64,000 nucleotides of DNA from Lysobacterales bacterium (GCA_965279425.1 OZ257239.1:2835541-2899540), one strand, 5' to 3'; shown: positions 1 through 9,491, counted from the first letter of the stretch. Numbers and translations are program-made. The notes: generated by a model from the letters alone, not told the origin.

Positions 1-2
1 GC

Positions 3-536
3 TGGGTGTCGATCATGCCCAAGCCCACTTACTACCGCCTGCCGCCTGCGGCCGGCGTCAATGCCAGCGCCAGCGACATGGCGCAGTGGCTGATCGCCCA
101 GACCGGGCATCGACCTGATGTTTTGCCGGCCCCACTGCTGGCAACGCTGCATGCACCCCTCATCAACACCCCGGGCGAGATGCGAGCCGGTTGGCGCCGC
201 GAGCGGATCTTTTCGGCCGGCTACGCACTGGGCTGGCGCGTGTTCGATTACGCGGGCCATCAGGTGGTCTTCCACGCTGGCGCCGTGCAGGGTTATCGCG
301 GTCTGGTCGCGCTGGTACCGGAACGCGATCTGGGCATCGCCATCATGTGGAACAGCGAGAGCAGCCTGCCCACCGGCCTGCTGCCCACTATCCTGGATCG
401 GGCCATGGGCCTGCCCACGCAGCAATGGCTCGATGAGAAGATCGGCAGCGACCTGCTGATGGCCGATTCGGTGGACACGCCGACGCAGGATGCGGCGGGC
501 AGTTCGGCCGCCAAGGCCGCAGCCTCTCCGAAGTAA
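3..536 (+). CDS. Serine hydrolase (beta-lactamase/AmpC family), 5'-truncated by window edge
   Basis: Frame open from window start; GVNASASDMAQWL, YALGWRV and HAGAVQGY motifs typical of the C-terminal half of class C-like serine hydrolases. Confidence 0.8.
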   Translation, partial: WVSIMPKPTYYRLPPAAGVNASASDMAQWLIAQTGHRPDVLPAPLLATLHAPLINTPGEMRAGWRRERIFSAGYALGWRVFDYAGHQVVFHAGAVQGYRGLVALVPERDLGIAIMWNSESSLPTGLLPTILDRAMGLPTQQWLDEKIGSDLLMADSVDTPTQDAAGSSAAKAAASPK

Positions 537-583
537 TCGGCAAGGCGCGGCTTCTCAGGCTGGCAACGACCGACCAGAGTGGA

Positions 584-1120
584 CTAGCGCGGTCCGGTTT
601 CCAGCACGGCTTTCAGCTTCGCCAGACCCTTTTCATAGTCTTTACCGACGAAGCGTTCCAGCAGGAAGGCACCGAATATCCGGTTGATCGGGTTGTAGCC
701 GTGTGCGCTGTCCAGGGTCCAGGTCAGATGGGTGCCATCACCTTCCGGCTTCAGCAGGAACATCGCCTGCGCCTGGCTGCCACCGAAGTCGAGCGCGTTG
801 ACGATCTTGCTGTCAGGCACGCTTTCAAGAATCTCCTGACTGCCGCTGCCCACTGAACTATTGCCGACCCAGGCCATCCGGGCACCCACACCAGTGGCGG
901 GACCGGAATAGGTGTACTTGGCGGAAGGATCCAGCTCGAACCAGGGCGACCATTCGTTGAAACGCTGGAACGAATCAAGCGTAGAGAAAACTTCGGCCGG
1001 CGGTCGCTGGATGCTGATGCTGCGCTCCAGGTGAGTCGTGCCCGGAAGTAGCAGACCGCCACCGACCACCAGGATCGCCAGCGCGGCCATCGTCCACAGC
1101 AGCCATTTCAAGATCTTCAT
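584..1120 (-). CDS. SRPBCC/polyketide cyclase family protein with N-terminal membrane anchor
   Basis: Hydrophobic N-terminus, then ERSISIQRPPAEVF..FNEWSPW..YEKGLAKLK; start moved to ATG 1120 with GGGGAG RBS. Confidence 0.8.
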   Translation of the reverse strand: MKILKWLLWTMAALAILVVGGGLLLPGTTHLERSISIQRPPAEVFSTLDSFQRFNEWSPWFELDPSAKYTYSGPATGVGARMAWVGNSSVGSGSQEILESVPDSKIVNALDFGGSQAQAMFLLKPEGDGTHLTWTLDSAHGYNPINRIFGAFLLERFVGKDYEKGLAKLKAVLETGPR

Positions 1121-1169
1121 GTCGTGCTCCCCGTGATCGAAACGAGGCAAAGGCTACACCTTCGCCCAT

Positions 1170-1209
1170 AAAAAAACTCCCTCTCCGCTGGGCACCGGGG
1201 AGGGAGTTT
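1170..1209 (-). terminator. Rho-independent terminator of the histone-like gene
   Basis: Stem AAACTCCCTCTCCG / CGGGGAGGGAGTTT; A-tract at 1170-1176 gives a U tail on the minus strand. Confidence 0.75.
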
Positions 1210-1255
1210 CCTGACATTACAGATAATCGGGATTACTAGTTCTTATAGACAGCTT

Positions 1256-1693
1256 TTAGATCAGCGGAGCCGGGGTTGGCGGCAGCGCTACCGGAGCCTT
1301 CTTCTTGGCTTTTTTGGCAGGCTTCTTGGCCGCTTTCTTGGCCGGCTTCTTCTTTGCAGCCTTCTTGGTAGCTTTCTTGGCCGCCTTCTTGGCCGGCTTC
1401 TTGGCTACTTTCTTGGCAGCCTTTTTAGCCGCTTTCTTGGCTGGCTTCTTCTTGGCTACTTTCTTGGCAGCTTTCTTGGTGGCCTTTTTAGCAGCCTTCT
1501 TTGCTGGCTTCTTCTTGGCGACCTTCTTGGCTACTTTCTTCGCGGCCTTCTTGACTGCCTTCTTAGCCTTGGTCACTTTCTTGGCTACTTTCTTGGCGGC
1601 CTTCTTCAGGGTCTTCTTCACGCCCTTCTTGGCTGCCGTTTTCTTGGCGGCCTTCTTGGCGGGTTTTTTCTTCGCAGCTTTCTTCGTTGCCAT
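1256..1693 (-). CDS. Histone H1-like Lys/Ala-rich DNA-binding protein
   Basis: 145 aa of KKAAKK/KKPAKK repeats with a Pro-rich tail; GAGGAG RBS before ATG. Confidence 0.85.
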   Translation of the reverse strand: MATKKAAKKKPAKKAAKKTAAKKGVKKTLKKAAKKVAKKVTKAKKAVKKAAKKVAKKVAKKKPAKKAAKKATKKAAKKVAKKKPAKKAAKKAAKKVAKKPAKKAAKKATKKAAKKKPAKKAAKKPAKKAKKKAPVALPPTPAPLI

Positions 1694-2048
1694 GTGATGG
1701 CTCCTCGTCAGTGAACTATGGATTTGTTAATCCGTTTAAAAAGCCCAGTTGCAATGGAACGCCGCGGGAGTCGGACCCGCAGGCAGCCGCCGTCGCGCCA
1801 GGCGCGTCGGACCGGATATGGCAGGTCTGGCCGGATCGGCGGAGACCTGTGCGCGCCGTCGGGCGCGGATGCTAAACACCCGCGTCGCTGAGGGCGCGGG
1901 TGTGGTGTCGGAAAGAGTTTGCATTATCTTGGAGGAAGCGAAGCCTGCGTCCATCGTGTCGAGGGCGCGGGTGGAGGGCCGTTTTGTTTTGCGTATTGTC
2001 GCGATGGCTCGGCTCACTTGCTTCCGCAGGAAATGTCTGCTGGGGCGA

Positions 2049-2077
2049 AACCTAATCACGCTTTTTCAATGTGTCAA
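2049..2077 (-). promoter_or_regulatory. Sigma70-type promoter pointing at the histone-like gene
   Basis: TTGACA (2077-2072), 17-nt spacer, TAGGTT (2054-2049). Confidence 0.6.
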
Positions 2078-2197
2078 CAGTTTTTCAGAATTATTTTTCG
2101 GCTCCGGTCCGCCTGCTTCCCGCGACAAGCGGCATGGATTTCCGGACAAGCCATCGCCACCAATGGCATAAGAGCAACGCCGTCGTATCACCAAGTT

Positions 2198-2227
2198 AAA
2201 AAACACCGCGTTTAATGCGGTTTTTTT
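2198..2227 (+). terminator. Putative, possibly bidirectional, intrinsic terminator
   Basis: AAAAAA-C-ACCGC-N7-GCGGT-TTTTTT; short stem and no assigned transcript. Confidence 0.4.
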
Positions 2228-2685
2228 ACAGCGCCGCTTTCGCACTGGATATCGCACAGCGTCATGCGGCGTTGCGTCGAGCTGGCATCGACACGCCGTC
2301 TGAGGAATAAACGGAAGCTTTTTCCGAACCGCAACGCTTCGCCAGTTTGGGCGCCGCACAAGTCCAAATGCGCAGATTTGCGCGAACTTTTTTTGCCGGC
2401 CAATCCCCTTCGAAGCGGTTTGAAACTCTCCACATGCACGCGCGCATCGGCCGATCGGCATCGGATTGGCATCAGGGCGCGAACGATTCGCAACCGCTCG
2501 GACCGGCCGCGAAGTTCGTTCGCCGAGTTGGCGGAGCGATCCGCCAACTCACTGCAGGCGCACCCGGCGAGGTCGGTGATGCGATGCGCAATAGAGGGAA
2601 CAGTCGGACGCTCGCATGCCGACTGGCTCCGGGTATCGCCTGGAAATGCTGCTTGCAGATCTTGGCATTTCCGGACCGGCGTCCC

Positions 2686-2717
2686 AAAAGAAAACCGGCC
2701 GCACAAGGCGGCCGGTT
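2686..2717 (-). terminator. Rho-independent terminator downstream of gcvH
   Basis: 10-bp stem AACCGGCCGC / GCGGCCGGTT followed by U-rich tail on the minus strand. Confidence 0.8.
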
Positions 2718-2742
2718 CAAAAAAACAGAGGCTGGCACTGGC

Positions 2743-3138
2743 TCAGTGGTCTTCGTCTTCCAGCAACTCGGCATAGTCGTCGGGTGCCAGCAGGTCGTTG
2801 AGCTGGTCCGGCTCCTCGATCTCCAGCACGAAGATCCAACCTTCGCCGTAGGCATCTTCGTTGATCGTCTCGGGCTTGTCGGCCAGGTCGGAGTTCACTT
2901 CGACCACGGTACCGGTGAGCGGGCTATAGACGTCCGAGGCGGCCTTGACCGACTCGACCACCGCGGCCGCATTGCCGGCTTCAACTCGGTCGCCAACGTT
3001 CGGCAACTCGACGTAGACCAGGTCGCCCAGCAGGCCTTGGGCGTGATCGGAGATGCCGACGGTGACGCGTCCACTGCCTTCTACACGCGCCCATTCGTGG
3101 GACTTGAGGAATTTGAGGTCGCCAGGGATCTCGCTCAT
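2743..3138 (-). CDS. gcvH: Glycine cleavage system H protein
   Basis: SHEWAR, GISDHAQ and lipoyl motif [13 protein letters not shown]. Confidence 0.97.
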   Translation of the reverse strand: MSEIPGDLKFLKSHEWARVEGSGRVTVGISDHAQGLLGDLVYVELPNVGDRVEAGNAAAVVESVKAASDVYSPLTGTVVEVNSDLADKPETINEDAYGEGWIFVLEIEEPDQLNDLLAPDDYAELLEDEDH

Positions 3139-3229
3139 GTTGCTGCTCCGGGGAATCGGGTTGGGGTGGGCGTGCGGCGCTAGTTTAGCGAAGGATTTCG
3201 TTCAATGGACGAGTAGGTTTTTCGTGCGT

Positions 3230-4336
3230 TCACTCAAGCACGCCGGGCTGCGCCTGGCCTTCGCGCACGAACGGGAACTTCACCACCCGTACCGGCACTT
3301 CGCGGCCGCGGATGTCCACGCGCACCTGGCCGGGTTCGCCCGATGGCACACGCGCGAATGCGATGGCCTTGCCGAGCGTGGGCGAGAACGTGCCGGACAG
3401 GATTTCGCCTTCGCCGCCAGCGGTCATTACTTTCTGCCCGTGGCGCAGCACGCCCTTTTCGTCCATCACCAATCCGATCAGCTGCCGTGGCGCGCCGTCG
3501 GCGGCCTGGGATTCCAGCACGCGGCGACCGATGAAATCGCGGCCTTCGTCCAGCGTCACGGTCCAGGCCATCGCCGCTTCGTACGGGCTGGTGGATTCGT
3601 CCATGTCCTGGCCATACAGGTTCATGCCTGCCTCCAGGCGCAGCGTATCGCGTGCGCCCAGGCCCGCAGGTTTCACACCGGCACCGAGCAATGCATTCCA
3701 GAACGCGACCGCCTGCTCCTGCGGCAACACGATCTCGTAACCGTCTTCGCCGGTGTAACCGGTGCGCGCGACGAACAGCGGTACGCCTTCGCTGGTCTGC
3801 GCCTCGACCGCAGCGAAGCGGGCCAGCTTCTCGGCTGCGGGGCGGTCGGATTCGCGCAACAGTCCCAGCACCCGCGCGCGCGCGGTGGGACCCTGCACGG
3901 CGATCATGGCGAACCCGGGACGCTCCTTCACCTGTACCTCGAAGGCCTGCGCCTGCCGCTGGATCCAGGCAAGGTCCTTGTCGCGCGTGGCGGCATTGAC
4001 CACCAGGCGGAAGAACGACTCCTCCATGAAGTAGACGATCAGGTCATCGATCACCCCACCCTGCTCATCCAGCATCGCGGTGTACAACGCCTTGCCGGGC
4101 TTCTTGAGCTTGTCGACCGAATTGGCGAGCAGATGGCGGAGGAAGTCGCGGGTGCGCGGGCCGTGCAGATCGACCACGGTCATGTGGCTGACGTCGAACA
4201 TGCCTGCATCGCGGCGCACCAGGTGATGCTCGTCGAGCTGCGAGCCGTAGTGGATCGGCATGTCCCAGCCGCCGAAGTCGACCATCTTGGCGCCGAGCGC
4301 GCGATGGGTGTCGTTGAGGATGGTCTTCTGGGTCAT
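3230..4336 (-). CDS. gcvT: Glycine cleavage system aminomethyltransferase T
   Basis: [42 protein letters not shown]; start at ATG 4336. Confidence 0.97.
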   Translation of the reverse strand: MTQKTILNDTHRALGAKMVDFGGWDMPIHYGSQLDEHHLVRRDAGMFDVSHMTVVDLHGPRTRDFLRHLLANSVDKLKKPGKALYTAMLDEQGGVIDDLIVYFMEESFFRLVVNAATRDKDLAWIQRQAQAFEVQVKERPGFAMIAVQGPTARARVLGLLRESDRPAAEKLARFAAVEAQTSEGVPLFVARTGYTGEDGYEIVLPQEQAVAFWNALLGAGVKPAGLGARDTLRLEAGMNLYGQDMDESTSPYEAAMAWTVTLDEGRDFIGRRVLESQAADGAPRQLIGLVMDEKGVLRHGQKVMTAGGEGEILSGTFSPTLGKAIAFARVPSGEPGQVRVDIRGREVPVRVVKFPFVREGQAQPGVLE

Positions 4337-4388
4337 GGGTGCCACCTTGCGAAAGAGGACCATTATCCCAGATGACTCGCCCCGGACG

Positions 4389-4904
4389 TCAGGGGCCTTC
4401 GCCGTAACCTTCGTTGATGCAGTCGACACTCGCAGGGTCGACCTCCTCGAACTTGCCGCTAGACAGATCCAGTCGCCGCGCCCAGACGACATTGTTCAGA
4501 TATTCCTGTTTATCGCCGGGCCCCACGATGGCGACGACCTTGTCATCGATCACTTGGCCGACGCGGCAATTGCCGGCTTGCCAGGAGAAGCCCTTGGCGA
4601 CCTTGGGATACGCAAGTGCATCGGTGATTTTCCAGAGCGCCTTTTTGCCGTCACGTCCGCTCAGGCGCCCTGCGACGATATAGCGCACCACTGGCTCCAG
4701 CTCCGGATCGGCGCCCGCATCCCCGACAAAACCGATCGAGAAATCACAGACATGGCCCGGAACGCTGGCATCGGACAGACAGATACCGCCGACATCCTCC
4801 AGGCCTTCCGGATAAGGGGGCATGGTCCTGCCGATCAGGTCGACTGCGCCCGCCTTCCACGACAACATCATCAGCAACAGTAGCGAGACAGGACGCATCG
4901 ACAT
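4389..4904 (-). CDS. Exported hypothetical protein
   Basis: Signal-peptide-like N-terminus, four Cys, tight packing in the SPFH-NfeD-gcvT run. Confidence 0.65.
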   Translation of the reverse strand: MSMRPVSLLLLMMLSWKAGAVDLIGRTMPPYPEGLEDVGGICLSDASVPGHVCDFSIGFVGDAGADPELEPVVRYIVAGRLSGRDGKKALWKITDALAYPKVAKGFSWQAGNCRVGQVIDDKVVAIVGPGDKQEYLNNVVWARRLDLSSGKFEEVDPASVDCINEGYGEGP

Positions 4905-4907
4905 CGT

Positions 4908-5339
4908 TCAAACCTGCTGGACCTTCAAGGTCATGCCATCGACCGCCACCACCCGCACCGGCGTTCCCGAGGGAAGCTCCGGGCCTTCCACCACCCAGAA
5001 CGCATCGGCGATCTGCACGCGGCCGCGGCCGTTGACGATGGGCTGCTCTAATGGCGCGACATGCCCGACCAGCGTGTTGGCACGCTGGTTGAGGTGCGGC
5101 CGGTCGCTCTGCGGTTCGTTGCTGCGGAACCAGCGGCGATAGATCTGGATAGAAACGAAACTCAGCGCCACGAACGCGACCACCTGCCACAAAACCGGCA
5201 CGCCTGGTATCAGCAGCACGGCCAGGAACACCGCCGTGGCCGCGAAACCCATCCACAGCATGAAGGCGCCCGGCGCCATCGCCTCCGCGGCGAACAGCAG
5301 CAGCGCGATGGCTGCCCACGAAACCACATCCCAACGCAT
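4908..5339 (-). CDS. NfeD family protein (YbbJ-like)
   Basis: N-terminal TM helices plus OB-fold tail LNQRANTLVG..GRVQIADAFW; directly downstream of an SPFH gene. Confidence 0.9.
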   Translation of the reverse strand: MRWDVVSWAAIALLLFAAEAMAPGAFMLWMGFAATAVFLAVLLIPGVPVLWQVVAFVALSFVSIQIYRRWFRSNEPQSDRPHLNQRANTLVGHVAPLEQPIVNGRGRVQIADAFWVVEGPELPSGTPVRVVAVDGMTLKVQQV

Positions 5340-5360
5340 GGCGTTCTCCCCCGATCCAGT

Positions 5361-6314
5361 TCAGCGCAAGGCCGGCGGCTTGCTCGCGATCTTGGTCTGC
5401 TGTTTCTCCAGCGACTCCTTGGCCAGTTCGGCGATGCCGGCGATGGAGCCGATGATGCCGCTGGTCTCCATCGGCATCATCACGAACTTGGCGTTGGGTG
5501 CCGTGGCCAGCTCGCGGAAAGCCTCGACATACTTCTGCGCGACGAAATAATTGATGGCCTGCACATCGCCGCTGGCGATCGCATCGCTGACCATCTGCGT
5601 GGCCTTGGCCTCGGCCTCGGCCAGACGCTCGCGGGCCTCGGCCTCGCGGTAGGCGGCTTCGCGCTTGCCCTCGGCCTGCAGGATTGCGCCCTGCTTTTCG
5701 CCTTCGGCGCGCAAGATCTCCGACTGGCGCACGCCTTCGGCTTCCAGGATCGCGGCGCGCTTGTTCTGCTCTGCCATCTTCTGCTGCTGCATGGACTGGA
5801 TCAGGTTCTGCGGCGGCTGGATGTCCTTGATCTCGATGCGGTTGACTTTCACGCCCCACGGACTGGTGGCATGGTCGACCACGCCCAGCAGCTTGGCGTT
5901 GATGGTCTCGCGCTGGCTCAGCGATTCGTCCAGGTCCATCGAACCGATCACGGTACGGATGTTGGTCTGCACCAGCGCGATCATCGCCTGATCCAGGTTG
6001 GAGACCTCGTAGGCGGCCTTGGCGGCATCGAGCACCTGGAAGAACACCACGCCGTCCACACGGACCACGGCGTTGTCCTTGGTGATGACATCCTGCGACG
6101 GCACTTCGAACACCTGCTCCATCATGTTGACCTTGCGGCCGACTCCGTACATCACCGGGATGAGGAAATGCAGTCCGGGCGACATGGTGCTGGTGTACTT
6201 GCCGAAACGCTCGACCGTCCACTCGAAACCCTGAGGCACCATGCGCACCGTCTTGAACAGGACGATGACGCCAGCGACCAGCAGTACGATGGCCAGGAAA
6301 CCTGTCTCGAACAT
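5361..6314 (-). CDS. SPFH/band 7 domain protein (QmcA-like)
   Basis: VERFGKY, QDVITKDNA, WGVKVNRIEIKDI, AILEAEG coiled coil. Confidence 0.93.
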   Translation of the reverse strand: MFETGFLAIVLLVAGVIVLFKTVRMVPQGFEWTVERFGKYTSTMSPGLHFLIPVMYGVGRKVNMMEQVFEVPSQDVITKDNAVVRVDGVVFFQVLDAAKAAYEVSNLDQAMIALVQTNIRTVIGSMDLDESLSQRETINAKLLGVVDHATSPWGVKVNRIEIKDIQPPQNLIQSMQQQKMAEQNKRAAILEAEGVRQSEILRAEGEKQGAILQAEGKREAAYREAEARERLAEAEAKATQMVSDAIASGDVQAINYFVAQKYVEAFRELATAPNAKFVMMPMETSGIIGSIAGIAELAKESLEKQQTKIASKPPALR

Positions 6315-6356
6315 GAGTTTCTCCCTCTCCCTAGATAGGGCGGGAGTATAGACGCA

Positions 6357-6423
6357 GTAGGTCGGGGCTACGCCCCCGACTCACAAACCTGCGGGAGGCG
6401 TCGGTCACGTCGGGCCGACCTAC
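6357..6423. repeat. Inverted pair of GTAG-type REP palindromes
   Basis: GTAGGTCGGGGCTACGCCCCCGAC ... GTCGGTCACGTCGGGCCGACCTAC. Confidence 0.75.
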
Positions 6424-6484
6424 GTCGATGGTGTTGCTAGCTAACTCAGGTCACCGGTCCAGGCGGCCAGAGCCAGGACGCAAC

Positions 6485-7090
6485 TCACGCGAGTTTTCTG
6501 GAGTCGAACCGGATCAAAGGTGCGGCGCGTTCGCCCGTGGCTTTGTATTTCTTCGCTGCCACCGAAGCGGCAAGGGCAGACTGCGCACAGCAGCAATCGT
6601 CCAGGCGGATGCGTTCTTCGGCGCCTTCGGACTGGGCGATGCGCTGCGCGGTCGCGATGCCTAGCGGCGACAGCGGCGCCAGGCTGGCGGCGAGCACGGA
6701 CTGGGTGACGAGGGTGGGCAGCACATGCAACTTCATTACGCACGCCTGCCATTGCTCACCCAGCAGGCGTCCGGCCAGACGTCGCCACAGGCGTTCGCCC
6801 ACGCCGGTAGCCGCTTCGGTTTCATTGTTAGCGGGCAAGGCATCGAGCAATCGATCCCAGGCCAGGAAGTCGCTGTCGGGGAGAAGATAAAGTCGCCAGC
6901 AACAACGGCCCTCGCTGTCGTAGAAGGCAAGGCTTTCGCGCAGACCGTCGCTATCGACGCCCGCCCTGGATTCGGCACGGACGGCCTGCGCCCAGCCGGA
7001 AAGTTCGCTGCCGTGCTGTGGGCGGTACAGGCACAACACCGTGCCCAACGCCGCCAGTTGTTGCGCGCGCGGGAGCACCAAGGTGTTCAT
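6485..7090 (-). CDS. Hemin transport/HemS-like cytoplasmic protein
   Basis: RESLAFYDSEGRCCWRLYLLPDSDFLAW resembles the Xanthomonadaceae 'hemin transport protein'; lies downstream of hemP. Confidence 0.65.
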   Translation of the reverse strand: MNTLVLPRAQQLAALGTVLCLYRPQHGSELSGWAQAVRAESRAGVDSDGLRESLAFYDSEGRCCWRLYLLPDSDFLAWDRLLDALPANNETEAATGVGERLWRRLAGRLLGEQWQACVMKLHVLPTLVTQSVLAASLAPLSPLGIATAQRIAQSEGAEERIRLDDCCCAQSALAASVAAKKYKATGERAAPLIRFDSRKLA

Positions 7091-7179
7091 CGCAACGGAG
7101 TGTCCGTATCGATCAGCGCAGGCGCGTTCGCGGCGAACACAAGCTGCAGTGTCGAAGTGAGCAGGGTGGGAAGGTTCAT
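7087..7179 (-). CDS. 30-aa small ORF translationally coupled to the hemin transport gene (not in the ORF track)
   Basis: ATG 7179, MNLPTLLTSTLQLVFAANAPALIDTDTPLR*, stop overlaps next start as ATGA. Confidence 0.4.
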   Translation of the reverse strand: MNLPTLLTSTLQLVFAANAPALIDTDTPLR

Positions 7180-7299
7180 CGTTTCAGCAGGTCCTGTGAG
7201 GGAGTGAGCCGTGAGCTGACGGATGGCAACACCGACGGCTGGCGCGCGAACGATTGCGGCACGACAGCCGACGCCACGGACGCGCGCGCACCGTGCGGA

Positions 7300-7497
7300 T
7301 TACTTGGTAAGGATCAGCTTGTCGTTGCTGGTATGGCGCAGGCGATAGACGCGGTCGCCATGGCTGATCAGGATTTCACGACGGCCATTCAGCAAACGCT
7401 CGCTGCTGAGGGCTTCTTCGGCAGGCAGCGGTTGCGGGAGGCTGCTGTCGCGCAGCAGGCTTTCGGGACGGGAGAGGAAGACCGGTAGTGCGCTCAT
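7300..7497 (-). CDS. hemP: Hemin uptake protein HemP
   Basis: SSERLLNGRREILISHGDRVYRLRHTSNDKLILTK is the HemP signature. Confidence 0.92.
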   Translation of the reverse strand: MSALPVFLSRPESLLRDSSLPQPLPAEEALSSERLLNGRREILISHGDRVYRLRHTSNDKLILTK

Positions 7498-7529
7498 CTG
7501 GGTAGCTCCGATGGGGAACGGATTCAGAT

Positions 7530-7548
7530 GATAATGATTCTCATTCGT
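7530..7548. promoter_or_regulatory. Fur box upstream of hemP
   Basis: GATAATGATTCTCATTCGT, close match to GATAATGATAATCATTATC (15/19 read on the minus strand), 33 nt upstream of hemP. Confidence 0.85.
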
Positions 7549-7565
7549 TAGTCAACACCTGTCTG

Positions 7566-8540
7566 TCATTCGGCTGTGGCGGCCCCTAAACGCTCCCAAA
7601 CGCTGTCTTCATATCGGTCCAGCAGATCTAGGGCGCCCAGGTTTTCCAGCAGTTGGGCGGTATGGCTGGCGCCCAGCATCACCGTGGAGACATGCGGATT
7701 GCGCAGGCACCAGGCGATGGCGAGCTGCGATGGTTTCTCGCCCAGTTCAGCGGCGATGGCAGTGAAGCGGCGTACGCGATCCATCCGCTGTTTCGCCTGG
7801 TCGCCGAGCACCATGCGCTGCAACCAGGCGTTGTCCTTCTGCCCCAGTCGCGAGTCAGGGGCCACGCCTTCGTTGTGTTTGCCGGTCAGCAGGCCCGAGG
7901 CCAACGGCGACCAGATGGTGGTGCCGAGTCCCAATTCGGAATACAGCGGCGCGTATTCCAGTTCGACGCGCGCGCGATGCAGCAGGTTGTACTGGGGCTG
8001 TTCCATCGTCGGCGCATGCAGGTGATGCGCACGCGCGATACGGGTCGCTTCCCTGATCTGCACTGCCGACCATTCGGAAGTCCCCCAGTAAAGCACCTTG
8101 CCCTGGCGAATCAGCGCATCCATCGCCCACACGGTTTCCTCGATGGGCGTGTCCGGGTCGGGGCGATGGCAGAAATAAAGGTCCAGATGATCCACGCGCA
8201 GACGGCGCAGCGCGGCATGGCAGGCTTCGGATACATGCTTGCGCGACAGTCCGCGCTGAGTGGGCGCAGGATCGTCGACTGCGCCGAAGAACACCTTGCT
8301 GGACACGCAGTAGCCGTCGCGCGGCAGCCGCAGATCGGCAATCACATCGCCCATCACCGTCTCGGCCTGCCCCTTGGCGTAGACCTCGGCGTTGTCGAAA
8401 AAATTCACGCCGTGGTCGTAGGCCGCGGCGATCAGGTTGCGCGCTTCGTCGCGACCGATCTGTCCGCCGAAGGTGACCCAGGCGCCGAAGGACAAGGCCG
8501 ACAACTGCAAGCCGGAATTGCCGAGTCTTCGATACTGCAT
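7566..8540 (-). CDS. Aldo/keto reductase (Kv-beta-like)
   Basis: MQYRRLGNSGL, FFDNAEVY, LDLYFCHRPD, WSPLASGLLTGK. Confidence 0.93.
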   Translation of the reverse strand: MQYRRLGNSGLQLSALSFGAWVTFGGQIGRDEARNLIAAAYDHGVNFFDNAEVYAKGQAETVMGDVIADLRLPRDGYCVSSKVFFGAVDDPAPTQRGLSRKHVSEACHAALRRLRVDHLDLYFCHRPDPDTPIEETVWAMDALIRQGKVLYWGTSEWSAVQIREATRIARAHHLHAPTMEQPQYNLLHRARVELEYAPLYSELGLGTTIWSPLASGLLTGKHNEGVAPDSRLGQKDNAWLQRMVLGDQAKQRMDRVRRFTAIAAELGEKPSQLAIAWCLRNPHVSTVMLGASHTAQLLENLGALDLLDRYEDSVWERLGAATAE

Positions 8541-8619
8541 ATAGATGTCTCCATTCCAGCGGGCGAATGAGAAGAGTTTACCCATGCCACGACCCCTCGC
8601 CTGTACAATGCGCGCACTT

Positions 8620-8775
8620 TCCTCCTCCGGGGAGTAGCCCACCCGCTCAGGCGGGGTCTGCGCATCAACATACTTGGCCGTGTTCCTGAGGGAATCCCCT
8701 CATCGAATCTTCGCCATGGTGCGCAGGGCCGAAGCAGCGTCTGCTTCGTCGTCGGGCAAGACCGTAGGCAGGCGT
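8620..8775 (+). ncRNA. yybP-ykoY (Mn2+) riboswitch
   Basis: GGGGAGTAGCC...CAACATACTT...GGCAAGACC landmarks upstream of a TMEM165-family gene; TACAAT at 8604-8609; boundaries approximate. Confidence 0.85.
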
Positions 8776-8848
8776 TGCGCATACCCGGGCCGGGCTGCGT
8801 GGCGTTTGCCTTCGCGTCCTTCGCGAATGCCCGGCTCCGGAGTTGCAC

Positions 8849-9418
8849 ATGCTTTCCCTGCAAGCCTTGATGGTTTCCACCGGGACCGTCGCGCTAGCCG
8901 AAATCGGCGACAAAACACAATTGCTGGCCTTGCTGCTGGCGGCGCGCTTCCGCAAACCCTGGCCCATCGCCTTCGGCATTCTGACGGCGACCCTGGTCAA
9001 TCATGCGATCTCCGCCTGGTTCGGCGCCGAGGTGTCGGAGTGGTTGTCCCCGGAGGTCCTGCGCTGGGTGGTGGCGGGCAGCTTCCTCGCCGTGGCGTTG
9101 TGGACGCTGAAGCCGGACAAGCTGGACGAAGGCGAGAAGCTGCCGGCGCATGGCGCGTTCATCGCCACGACGATTGCGTTCTTCCTGGCCGAGATCGGCG
9201 ACAAGACGCAGGTCGCCACGGTCCTGCTGGCCACCAAATACTCGCCGCTGTGGCAGGTCATCGCCGGCACCACCCTGGGGATGCTGGTCGCCAACCTGCC
9301 GGTGGTCTGGCTGGGCCATCGCTTCGCCGACCGCCTGCCGCTGAAACTGGCGCGAACCGTGGCAGCCGTGGTGTTCCTGGGCCTGGCCTTGTGGGTCGCG
9401 CTGTACGGCATCGGCTGA
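8849..9418 (+). CDS. TMEM165/GDT1 (UPF0016) family Mn/Ca exporter
   Basis: Two copies of (L/F)xAEIGDKTQ; GGAG RBS before ATG 8849. Confidence 0.93.
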   Translation: MLSLQALMVSTGTVALAEIGDKTQLLALLLAARFRKPWPIAFGILTATLVNHAISAWFGAEVSEWLSPEVLRWVVAGSFLAVALWTLKPDKLDEGEKLPAHGAFIATTIAFFLAEIGDKTQVATVLLATKYSPLWQVIAGTTLGMLVANLPVVWLGHRFADRLPLKLARTVAAVVFLGLALWVALYGIG

Positions 9419-9491
9419 TTTGCCTTGCCCGCACCCCTGCCCTGCTCTAGTCTGCCTCGATTCGGGAATCGGCAACACTTAGGGGCTGGGC

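Noticed and set aside
1305-1697. 130-aa Phe/Leu/Ala-rich ORF on the plus strand
   Set aside because: Antisense shadow of the Lys/Ala repeats of the histone-like gene
1736-2059. 107-aa ORF upstream of the histone-like gene
   Set aside because: Its start lies inside the predicted promoter spacer, upstream of the inferred TSS; no recognisable motif
2212-2776. Several overlapping ORFs of 130-170 aa between gcvH and the histone promoter
   Set aside because: No RBS or motifs, Arg/Ser-rich composition typical of non-coding high-GC DNA, and some cross a terminator
4337-4388. Glycine riboswitch upstream of gcvT
   Set aside because: The gap is only 52 bp and lacks aptamer landmarks
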